Made by a program: the position numbers and the translations under genes. A stretch of 64,000 nt of DNA from sequence record PZ445488.1. One strand, given 5' to 3'. The notes below the pieces were generated by a model that saw only the letters and a program-made list of their open reading frames with translations, searched no databases and was not told the origin of the DNA. The DNA is from a phage. Shown in pieces: positions 35,053 to 44,406 of this stretch (positions are counted from its first letter, which is position 1; every line of letters begins with the position of its first letter).

Positions 35053-35617
35053 ATTCTCTACATTCCATAATAAATTGCTCAAGGATTAAATTGTTAGTGA
35101 AATTAGGACTAACAACCATAGTTTCATAAAGCGCATCAATAGAACTTAAAGCATCAACTCTTTTAAGCAAAGGCTTGCCTTCATACATAGTTTCAGAATC
35201 GACGATTAACGTAAAGTAGTATTTTTTATTATCGACTAGAACTTCTGTATCGATATAAAACATATTAGACCTCAGAAGCTTATCTCTAAAACCATAATAA
35301 TCTTCAGAGCGTTCGCTGATATATTCCCATTCAGTGTTTAAACAACAAACAGACCACGTAGGAGCAACGAAATCAGTGAATCTAATATCATGGTCTGCAA
35401 CTAGTTTAGCAATAGCTCCGATATCATTAATCATGATACCTGGGGCTAATAAAGATTTTCGGTTATTTGCATATTCAGTTGTCTCATAAGAAGACGACCA
35501 GTACCATTTACGTCCAGTTGCAACATATCGTAATGAATCAACTAAAGACGTAGGTGGATTTACCTTATTTCGGAACTCTTCGAACATTGAGTCAATATCA
35601 TTATTTTGGTTTCGCAT
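35021..35617 (-). CDS. hypothetical protein, C-terminal E-x-F-I-x-E-C-R motif
   Basis: Start at ATG 35617 with AAGGAG SD; ends ...LEQFIMECREYVKANPVHAK. Confidence 0.5.
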   Translation of the reverse strand: MRNQNNDIDSMFEEFRNKVNPPTSLVDSLRYVATGRKWYWSSSYETTEYANNRKSLLAPGIMINDIGAIAKLVADHDIRFTDFVAPTWSVCCLNTEWEYISERSEDYYGFRDKLLRSNMFYIDTEVLVDNKKYYFTLIVDSETMYEGKPLLKRVDALSSIDALYETMVVSPNFTNNLILEQFIMECREYVKANPVHAK

Positions 35618-35640
35618 GTTAACTCCTTTATTATCCAAAA

Positions 35641-35658
35641 GGAGGACCGGAGTCCTCC
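35641..35658 (-). terminator. GGAGGAC-UCCG-GUCCUCC hairpin followed by U-rich tract (minus sense)
   Basis: Perfect 7 bp stem between genes 35667..36260 and 35021..35617, followed by UUUUGG. Confidence 0.45.
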
Positions 35659-35666
35659 GTATTATT

Positions 35667-36260
35667 TTATTTCAAAGAGTTAATATATTCTTGTACATCA
35701 GCAGAAGTGGTTTCGACACCGGTTGGAGTGCCATTGAACGTTTCAACACGAGTCAGAGTGTCTTCGATATCAACCTTGGTCAGTGCAGCGATTTCAATTA
35801 CATCATCAGCCGTAGAGATACCAAGGGCATTAGCTGCTCGAGTTTCACGAATGTATTCGAGTTTGATTGCCAGGTTCTGACGAGCATCGTCAAGTTCAAC
35901 CACCTTACGAGCAATTTCAATTCGCATAGCGGCATACCCGTCAGCTTTTGTATTAAGTTGTTCGGCAGTTCGACGATACAGAAGACCAAGCTTAGCATGC
36001 ATAGTAACATCTTGTCCTTCAGCCAGGAGCTTACGAATTTCACGTTCCTTAGAAGCGGCTTGCTTGTTCTTTTCATTAACAAGTTCGCGAATACGTTTTT
36101 CTTCGTTAATAGATTTAACAGAAGCCGTTTTTAGTTCTTTGATTTGGGTAATCAACTTATCTGCAGCTGCGTTATACTGTTCTTCGACAGTCAGATTTTT
36201 AGCCATAACAGTACCCAGTTTAGTGCGGATGAATTCAACAAGTTTCTTCAGTGTGTTCAT
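35667..36260 (-). CDS. hypothetical coiled-coil protein
   Basis: Start at ATG 36260 ([10 protein letters not shown]...); track start is TTG. Confidence 0.5.
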   Translation of the reverse strand: MNTLKKLVEFIRTKLGTVMAKNLTVEEQYNAAADKLITQIKELKTASVKSINEEKRIRELVNEKNKQAASKEREIRKLLAEGQDVTMHAKLGLLYRRTAEQLNTKADGYAAMRIEIARKVVELDDARQNLAIKLEYIRETRAANALGISTADDVIEIAALTKVDIEDTLTRVETFNGTPTGVETTSADVQEYINSLK

Positions 36261-36282
36261 ATTATTACCTTTCAATTGGTGG

Positions 36283-36327
36283 TTTATTATCCAACGAGAG
36301 CATTATACTCTGCTCTCAAGAGTTTGT
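36283..36327 (-). repeat. 45-nt intergenic cassette, copy B (identical to 6872..6916)
   Basis: Exact 45-nt identity with copy A, same position relative to downstream start codon. Confidence 0.7.
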
Positions 36328-36330
36328 AAA

Positions 36331-36558
36331 TTATTTTTTAATCAAATTAACATAAAACTTGGCGTCTTCCGGGTGCATTCCTTCGCAGTATTCTTCAACC
36401 ATGAACTTCTTAACAGCTTCATAAGGACCACTCAGATTAAGCTCAGTTGTCCAGAACTTGGAATCTTGTACTGAATCGATACGAACTTCAGGGTGACGGT
36501 TGCGAATAACTTCTTCTGTGTATTCATAATCAACGACATCAATACTAACTTTAGCCAT
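36331..36558 (-). CDS. hypothetical protein
   Basis: 75 aa ORF, ATG start. Confidence 0.45.
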   Translation of the reverse strand: MAKVSIDVVDYEYTEEVIRNRHPEVRIDSVQDSKFWTTELNLSGPYEAVKKFMVEEYCEGMHPEDAKFYVNLIKK

Positions 36559-36588
36559 TTTGTTTCTCCTCTTGATTTGATAGGTCTA

Positions 36589-36620
36589 TAGTAACACCGT
36601 CCATGGTGTTTGTACATCAT
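36589..36620 (-). promoter_or_regulatory. PeSL-like early promoter element
   Basis: GATAGGTCTATAGTAACACC...TGTACA motif on plus. Confidence 0.4.
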
Positions 36621-37120
36621 TTATTTTTAATTTTGCAAATTTTTCCAGCTTCGATACATGCAGCATAGATGATGCTCTGGGCAATTTTATTGCTAGTAGA
36701 CCTTGCAATCACACTAAGAACAATTTCTTTTTCTTCACCACCACAACCCCAGGACCTTTGCTCATGAGTACCTTTAACTACGGCTGAAACTTCAACAGAA
36801 CGTCCGCCATCAGAAGTTTTAACATCTACAACCCAATCGCCATCTTTCTCTTCAACCTGTGGTTTATCCCAAGAAATACTAATATATGATTCACTGTCAA
36901 TAGAAGTCGCCGGGTTTTTCTTTACTGTAAGGCCTTCACTTTCCAGCCATTCAATAGTATTTGCGCATAAATCAGAAGAACACCTCATCGGAAACCGGCA
37001 AGATTTTTCACCTTTAGCTGCAGTGTTATACATCTTTTCTAAAATACGCTTTTGCACGTTTTTAAAAATAGTTTCAGCAGATTCTTCAGATTTTTTATTC
37101 AGTTCAGTGTAAAGACTCAT
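36617..37120 (-). CDS. hypothetical protein
   Basis: Start at ATG 37120 (MSLYTELNKK...) with GAGGAAAAT SD; longer track ORF would overlap upstream gene and hairpin. Confidence 0.5.
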   Translation of the reverse strand: MSLYTELNKKSEESAETIFKNVQKRILEKMYNTAAKGEKSCRFPMRCSSDLCANTIEWLESEGLTVKKNPATSIDSESYISISWDKPQVEEKDGDWVVDVKTSDGGRSVEVSAVVKGTHEQRSWGCGGEEKEIVLSVIARSTSNKIAQSIIYAACIEAGKICKIKNK

Positions 37121-37138
37121 AATATTTTCCTCTGTGGT

Positions 37139-37177
37139 TGATAAATCTATAGTATCACATCTAGGGAAGAAGTAAAC
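37139..37177 (-). promoter_or_regulatory. PeSL-like early promoter
   Basis: GTTTAC...TACTATAGA on minus sense upstream of 36617..37120. Confidence 0.45.
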
Positions 37178-37208
37178 AACTTTTTCAGTAAGTTGTAGAC
37201 CCCCTAAT

Positions 37209-37224
37209 GGGGACCGAAGTCCCC
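37209..37224 (-). terminator. GGGGAC-UUCG-GUCCCC hairpin at 3' end of late gene
   Basis: 6 bp GC stem with UUCG loop, 6 nt after stop of 37230..37856; near-identical to 19301..19318. Confidence 0.45.
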
Positions 37225-37229
37225 ATTCT

Positions 37230-37856
37230 TTACTTACGAGTTTTTGCATACTGAGCAGCGTCAGCAGCCAAACGACCTGCTTGTCGAAGTTTTTCTTTAA
37301 TCTCATCATGAAGTGGTTGAGTATACTTCAAACCTTCGATAGTCAAATAAAGACGATAAAGGTCTGGGGTATCAAGGTTGTTGATATGTTGGCCATTACG
37401 AAGACTATTGAATTCACGAACGAGTGAAGATGTATCAGATTCAATATCACGAACAAGCGAAGATAGTTGTTTATATTTTTTTTCCAGGCTAGAAGTATCA
37501 AACTTAAGAGCAGGAGCTTTAGGAGTTGCTTTTACTTCCGGCTTAGGCTCAGGTTTTGCTACTGCTTTAGGGGTCGCAGGTTTAGGAGTGGTAGGAGCAG
37601 GTTTTACTTTAGGCGAACCAGATTTAGCAGAAACACCACCACTAACAATATCTTTGAATGCTTTAGAAGCTCTGTAATATTCTTTTTGGCTGGAAGTGTC
37701 GATACCGTACATGGCTTGAACGTTTTTGAAAAACTCTGTACTAGTTTTTGTACCAGAAATAGCATCGTAAGCAGCTTGCCATTTCTCTTTTGTCATACGT
37801 ACACCGGCTTCGGTGATTACTTCCGTTTCGGCTAAAAATTCATTAAAAGTATACAT
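37230..37856 (-). CDS. internal-protein-like protein (CTS-like N-terminus, Pro/Lys-rich linker), late-promoter driven
   Basis: 208 aa; N-terminus MYTFNEFLAETEVITEAG; PKPATPKAVAKPEPKPEVKATPKAP low-complexity linker; TATAAATA upstream. Confidence 0.55.
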   Translation of the reverse strand: MYTFNEFLAETEVITEAGVRMTKEKWQAAYDAISGTKTSTEFFKNVQAMYGIDTSSQKEYYRASKAFKDIVSGGVSAKSGSPKVKPAPTTPKPATPKAVAKPEPKPEVKATPKAPALKFDTSSLEKKYKQLSSLVRDIESDTSSLVREFNSLRNGQHINNLDTPDLYRLYLTIEGLKYTQPLHDEIKEKLRQAGRLAADAAQYAKTRK

Positions 37857-37891
37857 TGATGGTCCTTAGAAAGTAGGTTTATTGTTTACTA

Positions 37892-37899
37892 TATTTATA
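37892..37899 (-). promoter_or_regulatory. T4-type late promoter TATAAATA
   Basis: Exact TATAAATA on minus strand ~36 nt upstream of ATG 37856. Confidence 0.5.
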
Positions 37900-37900
37900 C

Positions 37901-37928
37901 AAAAAAGCCCCAACCTTTCGGAAGGGGC
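37901..37928 (-). terminator. rho-independent terminator (GC hairpin + U6) at distal end of tRNA region
   Basis: GCCCC..CCTT-TCGG-AAGG..GGGGC hairpin followed by TTTTTT on minus strand. Confidence 0.55.
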
Positions 37929-37971
37929 TATATACCTTGTCGGGGTTTCCACCTACTAGGTAAGTGTTTGT

Positions 37972-38063
37972 ACGAAACGCCGGGATTCGAACCCGGTTAT
38001 TAAGCAGTTGACGCTACTCAATATTTTTAAAAGGCCATATCTCTACCATATCCGAACGTCCCG
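37972..38063 (-). ncRNA. tRNA-like element: canonical T-arm and acceptor 3' strand but no convincing cloverleaf (tRNA remnant or stable RNA)
   Basis: Minus sense CCGGG-TTCGAAT-CCCGG followed by CGTTTCG-T; possible 5' partner CGGGACG 85 nt upstream gives 92 nt; D and anticodon arms not convincing. Confidence 0.3.
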
Positions 38064-38231
38064 TCAAAAACGCTACTCGGCTTACGGCAAAGATATTTCC
38101 TCGAATCGATAATTCTGTGCGCCGTTTCTGCTGTGATGTAAGGGGATATTAACGAATCATAAAGATTTATTAAGACCAGTCCTTACTCAGGGAACATCAG
38201 TCCGACGACTTGCCGGTAGCGACCCGGCTTC

Positions 38232-38576
38232 TTATTTTGGCATATCATCAATTTGCTCTCGACGCCGATGCCATAGATTAATCGCTTCATAAACACATTC
38301 AGCATTTGGTATATGGCGACAATAGTATAGTGATTCGCGTTTCTGGAACCGATGTTGCAATGGGATTTCGTTTAAAAGGTCTTTACGGTCAAAGTATTCA
38401 AAACTAGTTAACCCGGAACGGTTTTTAAGAAACTTCCAATGGCCAAATTCATTTTGGAAATAAACGTAATCAGCGTGTTGATATAATGAATTAATCAACC
38501 GGTCGGAAATAACTGTATCCTGTTCGTTAAAATAAAACGTTAAATCATGAACTACCAGATAAATATTACCTTTCAT
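38232..38576 (-). CDS. hypothetical protein in tRNA region
   Basis: Start at ATG 38576 (MKGNIYLVVHDL...) with GAGGAAA SD; avoids overlap with tRNA-Arg. Confidence 0.45.
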   Translation of the reverse strand: MKGNIYLVVHDLTFYFNEQDTVISDRLINSLYQHADYVYFQNEFGHWKFLKNRSGLTSFEYFDRKDLLNEIPLQHRFQKRESLYYCRHIPNAECVYEAINLWHRRREQIDDMPK

Positions 38577-38594
38577 ATTTTCCTCACTTGAAGT

Positions 38595-38671
<77 letters not shown>

Positions 38672-38674
38672 AAT

Positions 38675-38749
38675 TGGTGACCCTGGCTGGTTTCGATCCA
38701 GCTACCTATCAGTTATGAGCTGACAGCTCTCCCATTGAGCTACAGGGCC
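38675..38749 (-). tRNA. tRNA with CAU anticodon (Ile2-type as in T4, or Met), CCA encoded
   Basis: Minus strand GGCCCTG-TA-GCTCAATGGGAGAGC-T-GTCAG-CTCATAA-CTGAT-..-GCTGG-ATCGAAA-CCAGC-CAGGGTC-A-CCA; manual cloverleaf. Confidence 0.75.
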
Positions 38750-38828
38750 TTAATAACTTTCTATTATGAAAGGCACTTTAGAGCACCTTTGGTAATAGAG
38801 GGTATGAATTAATAATAACACATAATTC

Positions 38829-39344
38829 TTAAAGCAAATCAATCATTTTAACAGTTGGCAAAACAATTTCTTCTTCAATATAAGCAAATTCGACACGTTC
38901 AACTACACGCAAGAAATCGTAATCATAGTATTCAGAAGCATAGCCAAGAATATCAATAAGTCCTTGAGATATCTCATCGCCTTTCACAAAGAACAGGTCG
39001 AATACGCGGGCTTCGTCTTCTTCAGATTTATCACCAAGGTCTACTTCGATGCCAAAGACCTTTTTAATAAATTCCGGTTGGAGTTGGTCTGAGAACAGTC
39101 CTTCAACCAGATATTCGTAGATAATAAGCGAGCAACGACCGAATGGTGTATTACCGCAATAACGTTCGGCTTTGGTGCTAGAATGACGGCTCTTAAATTT
39201 CTTCAAGAGATATTTAAACTGTTGGAGCTCATGCTCTTCCACTTCAAACAATGTTTTGGTTTTATAGTTGTCACCATCACTTTCATAGGTAGTGACATCA
39301 ATTACGTAGCCCTTAGGAATTGTACTGCCTAATCGAATATTCAT
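38829..39344 (-). CDS. hypothetical protein
   Basis: 171 aa ORF, ATG start. Confidence 0.5.
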   Translation of the reverse strand: MNIRLGSTIPKGYVIDVTTYESDGDNYKTKTLFEVEEHELQQFKYLLKKFKSRHSSTKAERYCGNTPFGRCSLIIYEYLVEGLFSDQLQPEFIKKVFGIEVDLGDKSEEDEARVFDLFFVKGDEISQGLIDILGYASEYYDYDFLRVVERVEFAYIEEEIVLPTVKMIDLL

Positions 39345-39348
39345 TTAA

Positions 39349-39639
39349 TCACCGTACCATATTAATGTAATTATATTCAATGCAACGTAATTTCAAAGGA
39401 TTCTTGAAAATATCATATTCAAGAGGGCCTTTTTCTGTTTCAATAAAGAAATCAAAGTTAACTGTGTTAAATTTATCATCTTCACAGAGTAATTTAACCT
39501 GTGAAGACGAACGGTCAATGTAAACCTTTTCAACTTCAAAATATGTTAAAATGCCATAATCATCGACTAGTGCTTTAGCTGCACGTTGATCGCTTTCGTA
39601 TCCATTCTCGACAGATTTTACTTTAGCATAAAGAATCAT
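39349..39639 (-). CDS. hypothetical protein
   Basis: 96 aa ORF, ATG start. Confidence 0.45.
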   Translation of the reverse strand: MILYAKVKSVENGYESDQRAAKALVDDYGILTYFEVEKVYIDRSSSQVKLLCEDDKFNTVNFDFFIETEKGPLEYDIFKNPLKLRCIEYNYINMVR

Positions 39640-39998
39640 GAGTGTTCCACCACTTCAAAGGTATGAGCATCAACAATATGATACCAGTCAAAATTTTCTT
39701 CTGCGTTTTTATAAATTTCGCGAAGAGCTTCAACAGTTTTTCCTGTAGCAACAAGGTCGTCAATACCACCAAGAGGATAACAGTCATAACCAGCAAACAG
39801 AAGGAAATTAATAGTTTCTGTAGGTTCTGGATGCAAAACACCATTATCATCTACCACTTCAAAGAAAGTGTAAGAAGGAGTACAAGTTTTAATCCAGGCC
39901 CATGCTTGAGCTGCTGAATCAAACGGATTACGGAATAAACGACAATCCGGGTCTTTAGAAGGATTTGCTTCAAAATCCGCATATATGTGATATTTCAT
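39636..39998 (-). CDS. hypothetical protein
   Basis: Track start is TTG; in-frame ATG at 39998 with AAGGTGAG SD. Confidence 0.45.
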   Translation of the reverse strand: MKYHIYADFEANPSKDPDCRLFRNPFDSAAQAWAWIKTCTPSYTFFEVVDDNGVLHPEPTETINFLLFAGYDCYPLGGIDDLVATGKTVEALREIYKNAEENFDWYHIVDAHTFEVVEHS

Positions 39999-39999
39999 T

Positions 40000-40206
40000 T
40001 TACTCACCTTTTGCAATTTTATCCATAACGATAGCGATTAAGCCGATTAGAAATGCTACTACCAATGAGATAGAGTTTTCAGTTGTTGTCAGTAGTCCAC
40101 AAATGAATCCTACAAACATCGAAAAACTAAAAGCCATTGAAGCAATTACTACAGCAACATTACGAATCAGTTCAGCGCGTTTCATTTTATTTCTCCATTT
40201 ACTCAT
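40000..40206 (-). CDS. hypothetical membrane protein
   Basis: 68 aa, two hydrophobic helices. Confidence 0.45.
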   Translation of the reverse strand: MSKWRNKMKRAELIRNVAVVIASMAFSFSMFVGFICGLLTTTENSISLVVAFLIGLIAIVMDKIAKGE

Positions 40207-40213
40207 TTGATTT

Positions 40214-40249
40214 GATAGGACTACTATAACATAGTCCTATCATGTAAAC
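40214..40249 (-). promoter_or_regulatory. PeSL-like early promoter with stem-loop
   Basis: GATAGGACTACTATAACATAGTCCTATC + GTAAAC (plus); same core as 40542..40580. Confidence 0.5.
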
Positions 40250-40251
40250 TA

Positions 40252-40515
40252 TTAAATACCAGCTTCGCGTTTAACATAATCGACGTAAGCTTGGATAGCT
40301 TTCTTGCTGGTAATTTTTACCTGGCCTCGTCCGTTGCCTTCTTTAGAGTTTTTCTTAACAACTACATTACCATCTTTAACACCCCATACATGGACATAAG
40401 TACCGATGTTTCGGTCGTAGAACATTGCATGGTCGTTGTTGTAAGAGAATGATTCGTAGTTCTCTGACAGAGTAGAAGATTGAGATTCAGCGATAAATTC
40501 TTTATAGGTTTTCAT
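40252..40515 (-). CDS. internal-protein-like protein with capsid-targeting N-terminus (ipI position)
   Basis: 87 aa; N-terminus MKTYKEFIAES matches T4 IP CTS. Confidence 0.6.
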   Translation of the reverse strand: MKTYKEFIAESQSSTLSENYESFSYNNDHAMFYDRNIGTYVHVWGVKDGNVVVKKNSKEGNGRGQVKITSKKAIQAYVDYVKREAGI

Positions 40516-40541
40516 TTGTTTTTCCGTTTGGTTGTTGATTT

Positions 40542-40580
40542 GATAGGACTACTATAACATAGTCCTATCAGCATGTAAAC
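40542..40580 (-). promoter_or_regulatory. PeSL-like early promoter with stem-loop
   Basis: GATAGGACTACTATAACATAGTCCTATC...GTAAAC; minus sense GTTTAC-N17-TATAGT. Confidence 0.5.
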
Positions 40581-40583
40581 TAC

Positions 40584-40871
40584 TTACAGAAGAGTTTTTG
40601 CAATAATTTTAAGCTGAGCTACAGAAATATGCTTAGCTTTAAACAGTGCGGTCTCTTCGGCCGGAGAGATAACAACAGTAGCGCCATCTTTCTTAGCAGA
40701 CCATCCGTCCCCTAAGTAAACAGTACCTTTTACTTCTTCACCATCAACCAGACTAATCATCGGTTTACCCTCACGTCCTTTATTTGCTTTAATAACTTCG
40801 GAAGTAAGGGTTGCTTCGGTCAGAGTAGAAACGTTAGCAACAGGTGATATAAATTCTTTATAGGTTTTCAT
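40584..40871 (-). CDS. internal-protein-like protein with capsid-targeting N-terminus
   Basis: 95 aa; N-terminus MKTYKEFISPV. Confidence 0.55.
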   Translation of the reverse strand: MKTYKEFISPVANVSTLTEATLTSEVIKANKGREGKPMISLVDGEEVKGTVYLGDGWSAKKDGATVVISPAEETALFKAKHISVAQLKIIAKTLL

Positions 40872-40906
40872 TTTATTTCCTTGAGGTTGTTTATTTGATA
40901 GGATGA

Positions 40907-40935
40907 TAGTATCACACCATCATCCTTATGTAAAC
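40907..40935 (-). promoter_or_regulatory. PeSL-like early promoter with stem-loop
   Basis: GATAGGATGATAGTATCACACCATCATCC...GTAAAC. Confidence 0.45.
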
Positions 40936-40948
40936 TGTTTTGTGAAAA

Positions 40949-41634
<686 letters not shown>

Positions 41635-41638
41635 TTTA

Positions 41639-42373
41639 TTACCTTAAGATTGTTTCAATTTTAGAATAAAGCTCTTCTAAAGAGCCGTCGTTTGTAATAA
41701 CTAAATCGCCTTCTTCAATAGGCAACCCAGCTTCTGTAATATGTTTATCGGTGGATTCCGTACCAGAGCGAACCACATGAATAACTGTAGCACCCATCGC
41801 TCTAGCGGTTTCCATTTCATGGACTTGGCGTGTATCGGTTACAACATAGTAATCGAAATCACTTCCAATATAATCCATATAATTTAATGCAAAAAGTTTA
41901 ACCCAATACATACGGTCAAATAAATTAACGACAACATCCGTACCGAGGGCTTGCATAAGACGGCGGATTGACCATGTGTCGTTGATATTATTTATAGCTT
42001 CACGCAGGGCTTCATATGGTTTAATATCTAGATATGAATATCCACCTTCTAACGATGATAATACTTTAACATTATTAATTGGTAAATATTGACTTTGTAA
42101 ATAAATTAGCGCTTCTTCCAATAATTCAATAACATCCAACTTATTGAGATTTAATGGTGTTTCACGGTCATATCCAACACCTTCAAAGTATTCGTATTTC
42201 AACTCGGTGAATACGTTGGGGTTTTCAGCATGTTTACGCTCCCAGGCTATTGCTAGAGCGTCTTTAATTGGATATGCCAATTGGTATTTTACGGATTTAA
42301 AGTTTGAATTGATGTAATCAGCAGTAGTGTCTTTACCACTACGTTTGATGCCACTTAAAAAGATTAGCTCCAT
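41639..42373 (-). CDS. 1: deoxynucleoside monophosphate kinase gp1
   Basis: 244 aa; P-loop SGIKRSGKDT; T4 gp1-like. Confidence 0.85.
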   Translation of the reverse strand: MELIFLSGIKRSGKDTTADYINSNFKSVKYQLAYPIKDALAIAWERKHAENPNVFTELKYEYFEGVGYDRETPLNLNKLDVIELLEEALIYLQSQYLPINNVKVLSSLEGGYSYLDIKPYEALREAINNINDTWSIRRLMQALGTDVVVNLFDRMYWVKLFALNYMDYIGSDFDYYVVTDTRQVHEMETARAMGATVIHVVRSGTESTDKHITEAGLPIEEGDLVITNDGSLEELYSKIETILR

Positions 42374-42426
42374 AGGTTTTCCTCATATAATTTATGAATG
42401 ATTATAACATACAGAGCTAGAAGCGA

Positions 42427-43011
42427 TTAACGCAAAGAAGGGTGTCTAGAAATGGATTTAGATTCGACCGCTTGACGTGGTTGTTGAGATACAATGACTT
42501 CGCCGTCTTTTTCTATCGTCATATACGCGAAGTGAATAGTTGCTACGCACGTAACGGCAGGGTCAGAATCTTCAGTGTAACTAAATTCAATTTCGCTCAG
42601 ATCGGAAATCCATGGTTTATAGAAATTCGCAGTCAAAACTACTTCGGTCTTATTGTTGTTTAAAATGTGCAAAGTAACAAACTCAGGACCATCGGCATGT
42701 GCCGTATTATGTCCGGTTATATAGTTATTAGTGCTGAGCATCCATTTATACATGTTCATCCAGGACGTCATGTCTTCATCAACTATAAATCGTACAATAA
42801 AAGGGTCATATTCAAATGTAGTGCCTGCACGCATTGCACGCCCTAGCCCCATTGTGCCTGTCACAGTTTCAACAACAGGAATTCTCACACCTGGCAGTGG
42901 AGCCGTTTGGGCATTGAGCACAAAACCTGAAGTTCGTGTACTATCCGGGATATCCACAACAAAGTTTGTTATATTTGTTTGGTTAAAAATCTGTCTCGCT
43001 GGACGAGTCAT
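42427..43011 (-). CDS. 3: tail completion/sheath stabiliser protein gp3
   Basis: Start at ATG 43011 (track start is GTG); position between 1 and 2 as in T4. Confidence 0.7.
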   Translation of the reverse strand: MTRPARQIFNQTNITNFVVDIPDSTRTSGFVLNAQTAPLPGVRIPVVETVTGTMGLGRAMRAGTTFEYDPFIVRFIVDEDMTSWMNMYKWMLSTNNYITGHNTAHADGPEFVTLHILNNNKTEVVLTANFYKPWISDLSEIEFSYTEDSDPAVTCVATIHFAYMTIEKDGEVIVSQQPRQAVESKSISRHPSLR

Positions 43012-43113
43012 AAGCACCTCAAAAACGCTTTAATAAAAATGCAGTATAATGGTTTTAGGTCTCTTCCATTAATCCGGTTCAACAGAATATCAGAAGAACG
43101 GAAGAGAATAGAA

Positions 43114-43935
43114 TTAAGATTTCCAAACAGTATTCGCAGAGAAACGTTTTCCTTTTGACATAAACTGCTGAGTAGGTAACATGATTATGTTAGCCCAGTC
43201 TTTAGGAGCGATTTCTGTTATTGTTCCTCTAATGTGGCCTGGCAGGTATGCTTTAATCATTTTGTCAGCACCTTGAAATCCTTTCACCTTGCTCCAGTCT
43301 ATCTTCAACTTTGTGTTATTAGTAATAGTAGTTGTGCTAGCATATTGCTTCAGCAATTCTTCAAGAAACTGTTGTCGTGCTTTAGGTGGGATATAGTGCA
43401 AGTTTAACCCATACATCAAATTATGTTTACCTAATCCTAAATAAATAATCAAAGGATATCTGTCCCAATACGGCAGAGTATCTTTATGTTTAGCATCATA
43501 CACGTAAGTATAAATTTTGCCTGGCGTAGGCTTGACTACTTTATGACCTTTTACACTTTTCTTAATTGTTTCAACAAACCACTTAGATGATTTGTTGTTT
43601 ACTGCTGCGCCTTCATTTCTAATCTTTTCTCGTATTGAACTGCGAAACGAGTTTATCATCAGAAGTTGACGTTCTTGCTTATTAAGTTTATTTTTAGGTT
43701 TAGATTCAAGCGTTTCAATTTTCTGTGCAGTCTTAATAGATGATGCATATCTAGACATTGCAGATGTAAACGACGAGTATTTTATTCCTTTTGATTCTGC
43801 AAATGCTTTTGCAGTGATTCCTTTCTCTTTAGCTTTCTTGTATTCTAATCCTATCTCAATCCATTTTCTTTCATTCATAGACTGAGCAATCTTAGGGGCT
43901 TGTACGCCTTCAGATATAATTTGGAATATGCTCAT
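43114..43935 (-). CDS. 2: DNA end protector protein gp2
   Basis: 273 aa; T4 gp2 size and position. Confidence 0.8.
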   Translation of the reverse strand: MSIFQIISEGVQAPKIAQSMNERKWIEIGLEYKKAKEKGITAKAFAESKGIKYSSFTSAMSRYASSIKTAQKIETLESKPKNKLNKQERQLLMINSFRSSIREKIRNEGAAVNNKSSKWFVETIKKSVKGHKVVKPTPGKIYTYVYDAKHKDTLPYWDRYPLIIYLGLGKHNLMYGLNLHYIPPKARQQFLEELLKQYASTTTITNNTKLKIDWSKVKGFQGADKMIKAYLPGHIRGTITEIAPKDWANIIMLPTQQFMSKGKRFSANTVWKS

Positions 43936-43937
43936 AA

Positions 43938-44387
43938 TTACCCCTTGTATCCGAGTTTCCTAAGTCCGTCTTCGGTTAGAACTCGAAATTTTATATTTCT
44001 CTTTTCAGCAACAGCTGAAGCAGCTTTCCATTTGTCACAGTTCACAGACCAGGTGTATATTTCATTCATATAACGTTTCTTTGCTGCGGTAGTAAGATTT
44101 GCAGGCTTAATAGGTGGTTGAGTTTCTTTCTTTGGTTTTATTTCTACAAAGAACTCTTGACCTGATGCATCTTTCATCCATATATCCATAAAGTATCGAC
44201 GTTTTTTACCTTCTGCGTTACAGAAATATGGAATTACTGCCGTTTCGCTGCCCCATGCAATAATTTCTGGATTTTTATCTAACCATTCGAAAAAGAATTT
44301 TTCCCAGTTTGAACGGTACGTTATTTTGGTATGGTCTCCACGGTATTTTTTTAAATTTTTTGGGACCCATTTACCAGAGTAGGCCAT
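43938..44387 (-). CDS. 4: head completion protein gp4
   Basis: 149 aa; [18 protein letters not shown]... matches recalled T4 gp4 N-terminus. Confidence 0.85.
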   Translation of the reverse strand: MAYSGKWVPKNLKKYRGDHTKITYRSNWEKFFFEWLDKNPEIIAWGSETAVIPYFCNAEGKKRRYFMDIWMKDASGQEFFVEIKPKKETQPPIKPANLTTAAKKRYMNEIYTWSVNCDKWKAASAVAEKRNIKFRVLTEDGLRKLGYKG

Positions 44388-44398
44388 GTTGTCCTCCT

Positions 44399-44406
44399 TA
44401 TAAATA
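44399..44406 (+). promoter_or_regulatory. T4-type late promoter TATAAATA for gene 53 / baseplate operon
   Basis: Exact TATAAATA on plus strand in the 4/53 divergent intergenic region. Confidence 0.5.

Noticed and set aside
36617-37309. Long N-terminal extension of ORF 36617..37309
   Set aside because: The extension overlaps the 3' end of gene 37230..37856 and its terminator hairpin; a PeSL-like promoter and strong SD precede the internal ATG at 37120, which I used as the start
38100-38231. Additional tRNAs in the 38100..38231 spacer and on the plus strand of the tRNA region
   Set aside because: No GTTCGAATC-type T-loop with matching acceptor stem; GCCGG...CCGGC hairpin there lacks other tRNA features
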